Shown here one piece after another: positions 19,735 through 28,735 of a stretch of DNA of 64,000 nucleotides. The translations under genes were made by a program, and so were the position numbers. The notes beneath the pieces were generated by a model. That model was not told the origin of the DNA. It saw only the letters and a program-made list of their open reading frames with translations, and ran no database searches. The stretch's first letter is position 1, and each line of letters starts with the position of its first letter. The DNA comes from Coleofasciculus sp. B1-GNL1-01 (GTDB lineage Bacteria; Cyanobacteriota; Cyanobacteriia; Cyanobacteriales; Coleofasciculaceae), in NCBI GenBank assembly GCA_040220235.1, contig JAVJTO010000084.1. One strand, 5' to 3'.

Positions 19735-21777
19735 TCATCGGTAATTTTTATAACGCTCAAGTGCTGCCATCGCTTTATCTTTACCACCATAGTAAGATTG
19801 GATAGTTTGAGCAATCTGAACCGCTCGTTCAGGGTTTCCCGTAGCGACTAATCGGCGTACAATGGCATCCAAGGCTTTGGCTTTTAGTTCGTAGTCTGTA
19901 ATCGTTTTAGCCACCTGAATCCCTTGTTCATACTCAGCAGACGTGGTTAAATAGGGTGCGATCGCTTGGATAGTCTTACTCTTAATCGACTCATCTGTGA
20001 TACTACGAATTACTCGCAAGGCTTGTTTATACTCAGCAGACGTGGTTAAGTAGGATGTGATCGCTTGAATCGTCTTACTCTGAATCGAGTCATCGGTGAT
20101 ATGACGAGTCACTCTCAGAGCTTGGGTATACTCACCAGCATCAGTTAACTGGAGTGCGATCGCTTGTATCCTTTCAATAATTGTCAAAGCTTGCTTAGAC
20201 TTACCTACCACCATTAACTCCGTTGTAATTAAGTCCAGTGCTTTTACCTGAATCAAGTCATTTGTAATCGTTTCCGCAGTATCAAGGGCTTGGGTATACT
20301 CACCAGCTTTCGCGTAATTAGCTGAAACATCTACTAACTTCCAATCTTCCCCCAGAAAAATGCCCCGATCATTTTCTCCATCAAGATTTTCTGTACCCGG
20401 AGCGCATTGAAGCATACCATTTTCTACAATTGGTGCTGGGGGGCGATTAGTACCCTTATCTTTTGTCTCACACAAGATAGCTAATGTTGTTAATTCTCCT
20501 GTTGCTTCAACCCTACCAAAAAACACACCGCCCACATAACTCTTTAAATCGGATTGGCGGGAAACACTATAGTTGATCGAACTCAAAAGAGTGGCATAAG
20601 TTGAATAGGTATAGTTTGTGGTTTCACTTTTTACACCAAGTCCTAGCTCGTCAAATTCATTCGTAAAATTAGCCTTCTCTAAAAAATAAGCTTGCTGGGC
20701 GCGATTCATTGAACCAATATACTGTTTTGCTTCGGATTGCATTGCTTTATCAGCGCTACTAAGAAATGAAGGAGTTAATAGGAAAATAAAGCCAATTCCA
20801 ATTAGTCCGAGCAAAGCCAAGCAGCCACAACCGTAGCCACTATCATTATCAAAATAGCGATCATCTACATAGCGTCTTGAGTGTTGAGCAGGGATTTGAT
20901 TGTGGTGAGGAATCAAAGAGGATTGCAGTGCAGAAAAAGCTTGACGTGCCGTACTCAACCGTTTTTCCGGTGCAGGTTGAATTAACTGATCAATCCAGTT
21001 AGCAAAATTTGGCTCAACCTTGACTTTATCTTGAAACTTAATCTGCATTCGCTGCTGAGGCAATTGAGATGGCGGAATCCCTGTTAATAAATGAATTAAA
21101 GTCGCACCCAAGGCATATAAATCTGATGCAGGTACAGCTTTTCCCCATAACTGTTCAGGGGGCGCATAACCACTGGTTCCCACTACTGTAAATGTAACCC
21201 CTTCAGCTTTGGCTTTGTCTTGCACAGCACCAAAGTCTACCAAATAAATTTGGTTATTTTTTCCTAAAATTAGATTGCTGGGCTTAATATCACGGTGAAG
21301 AACAGGCGGACTCAATTCGTGTAAATAGATTAAAATATTGAGCAAGTCCTCGGCAAAATGACGCACCTGATTCTCCTTAAACCGTTTCCCTTGATCTAAT
21401 AACTGTTTGAGAGAACTACCGGGAATATACTCTTGCACTAAAGCAAACCAGGGTAATCCGTTTACGTTAGACTGATCACTATTTTTATTATCGATAGAAG
21501 AGTCTTCTAAACCCGCTTCAACATCATCCACTGAGAAATAATCCAGATACTTCGGAATGCGAAGATGGTTTAGATTCTTTAGAACTTGAGCCTCTCGTTG
21601 AAACAGCTTCAACTCATCCCATTGCATCTGGGGATTAAACGCCAGCAATTTAACCACAACGGCTGTTGGCGGTGAGGCTTGTGTATCCATCGCTAACCAA
21701 GTTTGCCGCCCTGCATTATGTCCTAATTGTTTTTGTAGCTGATAGCGATCGCATAAAACTTTTCCTGCGCTTAACAT
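19735..21777 (-). CDS. Ser/Thr kinase fused to type IV pilin-like G/H domain and helical repeats (B1)
   Basis: Same architecture as B2 with one extra 33-aa repeat. Confidence 0.88.
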   Translation of the reverse strand: MLSAGKVLCDRYQLQKQLGHNAGRQTWLAMDTQASPPTAVVVKLLAFNPQMQWDELKLFQREAQVLKNLNHLRIPKYLDYFSVDDVEAGLEDSSIDNKNSDQSNVNGLPWFALVQEYIPGSSLKQLLDQGKRFKENQVRHFAEDLLNILIYLHELSPPVLHRDIKPSNLILGKNNQIYLVDFGAVQDKAKAEGVTFTVVGTSGYAPPEQLWGKAVPASDLYALGATLIHLLTGIPPSQLPQQRMQIKFQDKVKVEPNFANWIDQLIQPAPEKRLSTARQAFSALQSSLIPHHNQIPAQHSRRYVDDRYFDNDSGYGCGCLALLGLIGIGFIFLLTPSFLSSADKAMQSEAKQYIGSMNRAQQAYFLEKANFTNEFDELGLGVKSETTNYTYSTYATLLSSINYSVSRQSDLKSYVGGVFFGRVEATGELTTLAILCETKDKGTNRPPAPIVENGMLQCAPGTENLDGENDRGIFLGEDWKLVDVSANYAKAGEYTQALDTAETITNDLIQVKALDLITTELMVVGKSKQALTIIERIQAIALQLTDAGEYTQALRVTRHITDDSIQSKTIQAITSYLTTSAEYKQALRVIRSITDESIKSKTIQAIAPYLTTSAEYEQGIQVAKTITDYELKAKALDAIVRRLVATGNPERAVQIAQTIQSYYGGKDKAMAALERYKNYR

Positions 21778-21816
21778 GAGTTACTCCTTGAAATAATAAT
21801 TTATGAGTTACGTCCG

Positions 21817-23220
21817 TTATTGACAATTTGCTAGCCAATCTGTGATTTCACCAACTAACCATTTTGATTCAGATGGTTTTAGTCGATTGACTAAACAGTA
21901 GTTTCCTGTTCTTGTCTTGAGATAGATAGCATTACCCGAATGATTACTACCTACTTCTCGAATCTCCGCAAGGCGTAAATAACGATCAAATCTCTGACAA
22001 ATAGATTTTTCTGCATCAAACACTATAGAGTATCCCCAAAAAACAATTTTTAAACTGCTAATATCTCTGTACATTGCCTTTAAATGAGATACTCCTTCTT
22101 GTAGTAATTTTATAGTTAAAGTTATCCAAAATATATTTGTCATCAATACAAATATATTCATCAAATTCACCAAAGCTCCAAAAATACTAAATATTAGAAC
22201 TAAAACTATAATTATTAAAAGTATAATCAAAGCGACAAAAGGAATTAGTTTCAACATAAAAAAGTAAGCTTCTAGGGGAACCAAGAGTCGGCTTGTAGGC
22301 AAATCAATGACAAGTTTATTTTGACTTTTTTTAAGCTTAATTCGTGTTGAAAAAGGCGGATGTACAGTTCCCAATGGATAACCCATAGAACGAATCGATC
22401 GCCCGGTTTCCAATGCATCAAGAGCTTGACTCGCACAACTCAAGCGCCAATCTAGGTCAGGTTCCGTCAAGGCTTCAATCCAACTGATCAACTGAGAATT
22501 AATACTCACCTGATCCCGAAATTGTATGCGTAAATTTCGTTGCGGTAAATCAGCCGGAGAAACACCTGTTAATAGATGAATTAACGTCGCGCCCAAAGCA
22601 TAGAGATCCGAAGCCGGAACCGCTTGTCCCCAGAACTGTTCTAAGGGTGCATATCCACTCGTTCCCACCACAGTAAACGTCACTCCTTCTACCGCCGCAC
22701 TATCTTGCACCGCACCAAAATCAACTAAATAAATCTGCTTATCCTCTCCTAAAATCAGATTACTCGGCTTAATATCTCGGTGCAATACAGGTGAATTTAA
22801 CCCATGTAAATAGATAAGAATCTCCAGCACTTGTTTAGCAATTGAACGAACCTGTGACTCCGTAAAGCGCTTTCCCTCATTCAGTAACTGCTGTAAGGAT
22901 TTGCCGGGAATATAATCCTGCACTAAGCCAAACCAACATAACCCCGCCCCAATTTTTTGATCCAAGGAAAAATAATCCCGATATTGAGGAATTCGGGGAT
23001 GATTCAGTTGCTTTAGCACAGCCGCTTCTCGTTCAAACAGCTTAAACTCATCCCACTCCATCTGGGGATTAAACGCCAGTAACTTAACTGTCACCTGTTC
23101 GCCAGACTGTAAATCTTGAGCTAACCAGGTTTGACGCCCTGCATTATTCCCCAATTGCTGTTGCAGTTGGTAGCGTTCCTGTAAACGTTGCTTGGGATTA
23201 AACAAGAGATTAGTTTTCAT
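21817..23220 (-). CDS. Ser/Thr protein kinase, class A copy A1
   Basis: [24 protein letters not shown] hairpin; conserved C-terminal domain. Confidence 0.9.
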   Translation of the reverse strand: MKTNLLFNPKQRLQERYQLQQQLGNNAGRQTWLAQDLQSGEQVTVKLLAFNPQMEWDEFKLFEREAAVLKQLNHPRIPQYRDYFSLDQKIGAGLCWFGLVQDYIPGKSLQQLLNEGKRFTESQVRSIAKQVLEILIYLHGLNSPVLHRDIKPSNLILGEDKQIYLVDFGAVQDSAAVEGVTFTVVGTSGYAPLEQFWGQAVPASDLYALGATLIHLLTGVSPADLPQRNLRIQFRDQVSINSQLISWIEALTEPDLDWRLSCASQALDALETGRSIRSMGYPLGTVHPPFSTRIKLKKSQNKLVIDLPTSRLLVPLEAYFFMLKLIPFVALIILLIIIVLVLIFSIFGALVNLMNIFVLMTNIFWITLTIKLLQEGVSHLKAMYRDISSLKIVFWGYSIVFDAEKSICQRFDRYLRLAEIREVGSNHSGNAIYLKTRTGNYCLVNRLKPSESKWLVGEITDWLANCQ

Positions 23221-23324
23221 AAGGATTGACCGCCTCTATTGCTGTAACTGTTCAACGTAATAAAAAATCTGAATGGGCAAAAATAGTTCGGATGAGATGT
23301 ATCATATTGGCGCTTGTTTACGCC

Positions 23325-24359
23325 TCACTGGGAATATTGATAACGCTCAATTACTGCCATTGCGTTATCTTGACCGCCATAGTAAGATTGGATAGTTTGA
23401 GCAATCTGAACCGCTCGTTTAGGGTTCCCTGTAGCAATTAATCGACGTACAATGGCATCCAAGGCTTTGGTTTTTGGTTGATAATCTGTCATCGTTTTAG
23501 CCACCTGAATCGCTTGCTCATGCTCAGTCACTGTGGTTAAATAAGGTGCGATCGCTTGGATAGTCTTACTCTTAATCGAGTCATCGGTGATACTGTGAGT
23601 TACTCTCAAGGCTTGCTCAGACTCACCAGCATCAGTTAAGTTGAGTGCGATCGCTTGTATCTTTTCAATAATTGTCAAAGCTTGCTTAGACTTACCAGCA
23701 GCCGCTAATTCCGTGGCAATAACCTCAAGCGCTTTAGCTTTAACCCAGCTCTCTGTAATCGTTTCCGCAGTATCAATGGCTTGATTGTATTCACCAGCTT
23801 TCGCGTAATTAGCTGAAATATATGCTAACTTCCCATCTTCTCCGATAAAAATTCCCTGATTATTCCCTCTATCAATACTTTCTGTACCCGGAGCGCATTG
23901 AAGCGTACCATCTTCTACAATTGGTGCTGGAGGGCGATTAGTACCGGGAGATTTTGCCTGACATAGAATTGCAAATGTTGTCGATTCTCCTGTTTGTTCA
24001 ATGTTACCAAAAAACACACCGCCAACATGGCTCTCTAAATCGGATGTTCGGGAAACGCTATAGTTAATGACGCTCAAAGGAGTGGCATGACTTGAATAGG
24101 TATAGTCTGTGGTTTCAGTGCTAATACCTAGTCCCAGTTCAGCAATATTATCGGTAAAATTACCTTCCTCTAAAACATAATCTTGCTGGGCGCGATTTAT
24201 TGAGCCAATATAGTGTTTAGGTTCGTATTGCTGTGTTTCACGAGCGATATTAGTAAATTCAACTAATAGATAATATAGTCCTAACAAGCCAATTAATCCC
24301 AACAAAGCCAAGCAGCCACAACCATAGCCACTATTTGTATCATTTGTATCAGCAGTCAT
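23325..24359 (-). CDS. Kinase-less type IV pilin-like G/H + helical repeat protein (B0)
   Basis: Starts MTADTNDTNSGYGCGC with AGGAG-containing RBS; collinear with the C-terminal half of B1-B3. Confidence 0.8.
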   Translation of the reverse strand: MTADTNDTNSGYGCGCLALLGLIGLLGLYYLLVEFTNIARETQQYEPKHYIGSINRAQQDYVLEEGNFTDNIAELGLGISTETTDYTYSSHATPLSVINYSVSRTSDLESHVGGVFFGNIEQTGESTTFAILCQAKSPGTNRPPAPIVEDGTLQCAPGTESIDRGNNQGIFIGEDGKLAYISANYAKAGEYNQAIDTAETITESWVKAKALEVIATELAAAGKSKQALTIIEKIQAIALNLTDAGESEQALRVTHSITDDSIKSKTIQAIAPYLTTVTEHEQAIQVAKTMTDYQPKTKALDAIVRRLIATGNPKRAVQIAQTIQSYYGGQDNAMAVIERYQYSQ

Positions 24360-24445
24360 TGAACTCTCTCTCCTACGAAGTAAACCGCACAAAACCACCC
24401 AACTTAAAGCCAAAAATTAATCATTGCCCCTTTCACCTCTCTCTC

Positions 24446-24487
24446 CCTCTGCGTACCTCTGCGCGAACCTCTGCGAACCTCTGCGTT
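24446..24487. repeat. Short tandem repeat of CCTCTGCG x4
   Basis: CCTCTGCGTA CCTCTGCGCGAA CCTCTGCGAA CCTCTGCGTT. Confidence 0.7.
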
Positions 24488-24515
24488 TCAAAAAAACTAA
24501 CATTAGCCCCTTCAA

Positions 24516-25322
24516 CTACCCTTGAAGCTGCATCAAATAATAAGCCATGGGAATAATTCCAAAGGAACCCACTTGCATCGACATAACCGTCATTGCCAGA
24601 TTAGGATGCTTCTGCTTTAATAAACCTGCGATCGCAAACCCCTTCGTTACAAAACCCAAAATAAAGCCAATCAGCAGTAACCCGGCTGTCACAGCATACA
24701 GAAAAGCTAGGTTTGCCGAACTATCCATAGCGCTAATCAGAACTAACGTAGCAAAGCCCAAAGCCATGAAGAAAAGATAAACACAAAACTTAAACATCCC
24801 TTGACTGATATTTTTCAAATACCCCCGACGCTGACAGAATGAAAGACACATCGCCGCCGATAAAATCGAGCCAATGAGAGCCAGAGGAAACATTACACTT
24901 AAAGAAACCCAACTAACCAAACTAGCCAACAGATAAAACCCATTCGCCAACCCTGCTATCACAAAAGCTTTTCGGAAAGGAATTAACTCTCGTTTGCACA
25001 GGATAAAAGATTCAATTAAAACCGTAGCCAATAAGGGTAATCCATACCCATACATCAATGACATAGCCGGAAGTGTAATTAGACTAGAGCCAAATAACCA
25101 TCCTCTATTCAATCCACCACAAGCCAAGGCGGGTAATGTCAGCATTAGCAGTAAGGAGACTGTACCTCCTGTCACCTTGAGCCAAGATAGTCTCGGCGAC
25201 TGCGGCTTAACAGGGATACCCCGGAAAGGAACCAAGGGAGCAGGTGTCAGAGGAAGCAGGGTTAAATCCAGGCTTGGCTTCTGTGTCATTGGTATTCTCC
25301 AGCAACTCGTGTTATGTCCCAT
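24516..25322 (-). CDS. Multi-pass membrane protein, first gene of the kinase array
   Basis: About 6-7 hydrophobic segments after a signal-like PALA site; start may be the second Met (25289). Confidence 0.7.
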   Translation of the reverse strand: MGHNTSCWRIPMTQKPSLDLTLLPLTPAPLVPFRGIPVKPQSPRLSWLKVTGGTVSLLLMLTLPALACGGLNRGWLFGSSLITLPAMSLMYGYGLPLLATVLIESFILCKRELIPFRKAFVIAGLANGFYLLASLVSWVSLSVMFPLALIGSILSAAMCLSFCQRRGYLKNISQGMFKFCVYLFFMALGFATLVLISAMDSSANLAFLYAVTAGLLLIGFILGFVTKGFAIAGLLKQKHPNLAMTVMSMQVGSFGIIPMAYYLMQLQG

Positions 25323-25493
25323 CTAATCAGTCCCGTCTTTGAGATCCCATCGGAGTTATTCGAGAACTCATCGACTTCTCATTGACTTCGTTGAGATGAG
25401 GTTACTGGACTATATCTCTCCAACTTCAGGGGCTTATGCAATGGGTGTCCCATTTTTATCACCTGGTCTTTTTTCAGTCGCTTCTGCCTCTCA

Positions 25494-25606
25494 TAAGCTG
25501 TCACGCCTTTAAATTGGGAATGGCTAGCGAGCAAGATGCTCAATGCAGTGAGCAAGATGCTCACACTACAACAAGGATTTCGTCATTATTGATATTAAGG
25601 TTTAAA
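25494..25606 (+). mobile_element. MITE family 1 copy, right end missing
   Basis: TAAGCTGTCACGCCTTTAAATTGGGAATGGCTAGCGAGCAAGATGC matches 51005-51132. Confidence 0.65.
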
Positions 25607-25776
25607 ATTTCACCCATGCGGGTATCACTTTCACCCATTCGGGTGTATTTATTAACTTCAAAAAGTGATATTTTTATACAAACTAGTCAACCAAGGTCGT
25701 ATCATTTTGTAAATAAAATACAAAGTTGATTTGTTGCCAAAATAAAATAGAATTAAAAAGATACATAGGTGCAACC

Positions 25777-26211
25777 ATGCAACTTAGAAACGAGAACTAT
25801 TCAAAGTTGCCTCGTTTCCTCCATCGCTATTTTCCGCTTCAGAGGATAGGGGCAAAACGATTAGCAGGCTCAACGTTAACCCAAGTCCTAACCCTAGCCA
25901 TTGCTGTTGGCTTGACCAATCTGGGAGCAACGTTAGCTCAAGTTCCGGGAAATAGTACGATAAACTCGCCAACACCGCAGTCTTTCCCCTCTCCTCGATT
26001 GCCTAGGCGTGAGCTCAACGTAGAACCTGTGCGACCTGCACCAATTCCCGCTCTCTATGAACATCCTGATTTCTTTGAGGAAGGACACGAAGATTTCGAG
26101 GAAAAAATTGACCAGTTAAGACTCCAGAATACGCCAGATTCTTCCGAAGACGAGGTACTCACAATTGAAGAGTCAGCGTACTGGGAAAATCAAGACCATG
26201 GAGAGAGTTGA
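25777..26211 (+). CDS. Putative secreted Pro-rich protein, short paralog of the next gene
   Basis: Signal-like helix ending LAQ; YEHPDFFEEG and VLTIEE.AYW.N.DH motifs shared with 26410-27318. Confidence 0.7.
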   Translation: MQLRNENYSKLPRFLHRYFPLQRIGAKRLAGSTLTQVLTLAIAVGLTNLGATLAQVPGNSTINSPTPQSFPSPRLPRRELNVEPVRPAPIPALYEHPDFFEEGHEDFEEKIDQLRLQNTPDSSEDEVLTIEESAYWENQDHGES

Positions 26212-26246
26212 TTGACGAACAAATCCCACCTTGACCTAAATTAACT

Positions 26247-26301
26247 GTTGGTAATCAGCGCTTAAGCGCTTCTGCCACTAAAGTGGCTACTACGAACTCA
26301 G
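26247..26301. repeat. Double-hairpin repeat (family 2), degenerate copy
   Basis: AGCGCTTAAGCGCT and GCCACTAAAGTGGC hairpins followed by TACTACGAAC; related to 31408-31472 and 58755-58819. Confidence 0.65.
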
Positions 26302-26409
26302 GTATAGAGATGTGTTAATTTGTCGCTAGAAATAAGCCCATTGATAGAAGGTAAACCCTTCTATTTTTTTTAGAATGAACGTAAATCCAATAAAAACGGA
26401 GGTTAAATT

Positions 26410-27318
26410 ATGACTACTCAACGCAACAAGTATTCAAAATTACCACGTTTACCCGATCGCGCCCCCGATTCTCAAGCGTCAGAGTCTAGACTAGGCGTGG
26501 GTTCTACCGTTGCCAAACTAGGGACTCTAGCCATCGCCCTAGTTATAACGAATCTAGGCTTGACCCATTCAGCGTTTGCTCAAACTCAAATTCCCAGGAA
26601 TCCTAACTCGCAAACGCCACAACCCTTACCATCCGATCAAACGCCGAATATAGACCTCCCTGACGCCGAACCGCCGCAACCCTTACCCCCGCATGGTATC
26701 TATGAGCATCCCGACTTCTTTGAGGAAGGCGAAGAAAAACTAGAACGACGCATTGACAGGCTCAGAGAAAGACGCGATGAAGACGAATCTGAAGAGGATG
26801 TACTCACGATTGAAGAGCAAGCCTACTGGCAAAATCGAGACCATCCAGATAGTCTGCTGACGCTGCGTGATCCAGAAACGGGATGGACGAGAGTGGTTTC
26901 CCCCCAAGGAGAATTTGCGGTTTCTCTACCCAAAAAACCTACAGATGTCACAGCCGTTCCAGCCAATCAAGCAACTAATCTTGATCTAGAAGCGTATCGA
27001 CTAAACCAACCTCCCCAAAAATTCGTCATCGCTTATTCTGAAGAAACTGCGTTAGCTGAACCAGAAGCCAAGTTACGCCAAGTCCGCGACCAAATTTTAG
27101 CCGAAACTGACGCTCAATTACGACGCGATCGCCCAATTTCCCTGGATGGTTATCCCGGTCGATCTTTTCAACTGAGAACCCCCAATCAAGTGATGACGTA
27201 CAGGTTGTATTGGGTGGACAATCGCCTATATGTTTTGAGAGCCAGTCAACAGCATCCAGGGGAGACTGATTATCAAGCGGCTCAGTTTTTCAATTCCTTT
27301 GAGCCAATTTTTCAATAG
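26410..27318 (+). CDS. Putative secreted protein with C-terminal PsbP/Mog1-like domain
   Basis: GGAGG RBS; SAFAQ cleavage-like site; W..VVSPQGEFAVSLP..ISLDGYPGRSF..RLYVL..FFNSF pattern. Confidence 0.65.
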   Translation: MTTQRNKYSKLPRLPDRAPDSQASESRLGVGSTVAKLGTLAIALVITNLGLTHSAFAQTQIPRNPNSQTPQPLPSDQTPNIDLPDAEPPQPLPPHGIYEHPDFFEEGEEKLERRIDRLRERRDEDESEEDVLTIEEQAYWQNRDHPDSLLTLRDPETGWTRVVSPQGEFAVSLPKKPTDVTAVPANQATNLDLEAYRLNQPPQKFVIAYSEETALAEPEAKLRQVRDQILAETDAQLRRDRPISLDGYPGRSFQLRTPNQVMTYRLYWVDNRLYVLRASQQHPGETDYQAAQFFNSFEPIFQ

Positions 27319-27459
27319 GATAATTAGAGTCTGCTGAATAAGTCTTGTGGTGGGGAGAGGCAATAGGGAATAGGCAATAGGCAATAGTTTTTGTCCTCAG
27401 AATCTACTCTAGGTAAAGGTTTCAAGGATTAAGATGGCAAAACTTGTGAGAAATGCGGG

Positions 27460-28368
27460 TCATAGGGATTTGGTATCATGGGTTTGCTCAGATCCTTTAT
27501 GGTGAAAACGAATTCCCAGGAAAACATCATAGACGAAACTTAAGAAATCTTTGCCTTGTAGTAGTCCCAACGACTGATGACAGCCCTTTTGTTCTAATAA
27601 AGGCTGAGTGGCTCGATAGGCTCCTTGATATTTGTACCAGGGAATAGAGGGCCACAGATGATGAATCAAATGGTAATTCTGACCCATAATCATAATATTC
27701 AGGATGGGGCTAGGATAAACCCTGGCATTTTTCCAGCGATCGCGTTCTTTGAAGGGGCGATGGGGTAAATAGTCAAAAAACAAGCCCAATGCCAACCCCA
27801 CAACCAGGGCTGGGGTAAACCAAAAGTTCATGATATAGCCCAAAAAGCCATAGTGACACGCCAGGTAAATCACCCCCGCCACAAACGCTCGGCTCAAGAA
27901 CCATTCCAGCAGTTCATACTTACGCCACAAGCGACGCTTAAAGAAAAAGACCTCATGGTAAAAGAAGCGTGCCGCAATTAGCCACAGAGGACCCCCGGTT
28001 GAGACAAAATGATCGGGATCGTTTTCTGGATCATTCACATTGGCATGATGCTGCATGTGTACCCGGGTAAACACTGGGAACGCAAACCCCAACATCAACG
28101 CACTCCCATGACCCATCAACGCATTCGCGATCGGATTTTTGTGGGCGACATTGTGAGAGGCATCATGGATTACTGTACCCGCCATATGCAATGCTAGGAC
28201 ATTAATCCCAAAGCACAAGGGTGCGGGTAACTCCCACAGCCAGTAACCGCAGGTCGAGAAGACTATCAGAGCCATCGCTACTATGAACATTAGTAACGTG
28301 AGATTAAAATCTTCGGGGGCACCCAAGAATTCTCTGGGTACGGTCAGTGGCTTGATTGCCTCCGACAT
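27460..28368 (-). CDS. crtR: Beta-carotene hydroxylase (membrane desaturase superfamily)
   Basis: His boxes HDASH, HMQHH, HLIHH; KPLTVPREFL N-terminus and NDPENDPDHFVSTGGPLW typical of cyanobacterial CrtR. Confidence 0.9.
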   Translation of the reverse strand: MSEAIKPLTVPREFLGAPEDFNLTLLMFIVAMALIVFSTCGYWLWELPAPLCFGINVLALHMAGTVIHDASHNVAHKNPIANALMGHGSALMLGFAFPVFTRVHMQHHANVNDPENDPDHFVSTGGPLWLIAARFFYHEVFFFKRRLWRKYELLEWFLSRAFVAGVIYLACHYGFLGYIMNFWFTPALVVGLALGLFFDYLPHRPFKERDRWKNARVYPSPILNIMIMGQNYHLIHHLWPSIPWYKYQGAYRATQPLLEQKGCHQSLGLLQGKDFLSFVYDVFLGIRFHHKGSEQTHDTKSL

Positions 28369-28508
28369 CGTTGTTTGTACTCCTTATTAACTATCCTTTG
28401 GTAGTATAAGATGTCTTAACAGAATTATAAAGTTTTGTTGACATCAGGTCATTTAATCAAAATTGACCGACTGATAAGCTTAACACGTTTTGGCGGCTTC
28501 GCTCAGGA

Positions 28509-28655
28509 GATGGGGGAGCTGGGGGAGCTGAGGGAGCTGGGGAAGCTGGGGAAGCTGGGGAAGATGAGGGAGTAAACGAATGACGAATGACGAATGACAA
28601 ATGACCAATGACAAATGACCAATGACAAATGACCAATGACGAATGACCAATGACT
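28509..28655. repeat. Composite STRR array: 9-bp GGGGA(A/G)GCT-type units then 7-bp ATGAC(G/A/C)A units
   Basis: Directly visible tandem repeats. Confidence 0.9.
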
Positions 28656-28735
28656 GAAGCATTCAGGGAAACTCTTATCGTACTGCTATGGTCTTAACCT
28701 CATAAGTCGTCGATTATCCACAACGTATCCAGACC

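Noticed and set aside
10960..24359. Diversity-generating retroelement as source of the variation
   Set aside because: No reverse transcriptase in the window; paralog differences include indels and all base types rather than adenine-specific changes
24300..24359. Prepilin peptidase cleavage site at G-YGCGC
   Set aside because: Lacks Phe+1, Glu+5 and a basic leader; too weak to call
25379..25729. Short ORFs in the divergent region
   Set aside because: Overlap a MITE copy
27326..27345. IS-like end TAG(A/G)GTCTGCTGAATAAGT, also at ~41500
   Set aside because: No partner end or transposase found; cannot define an element
28480..28662. 60-aa ORF
   Set aside because: Translation of STRR repeats
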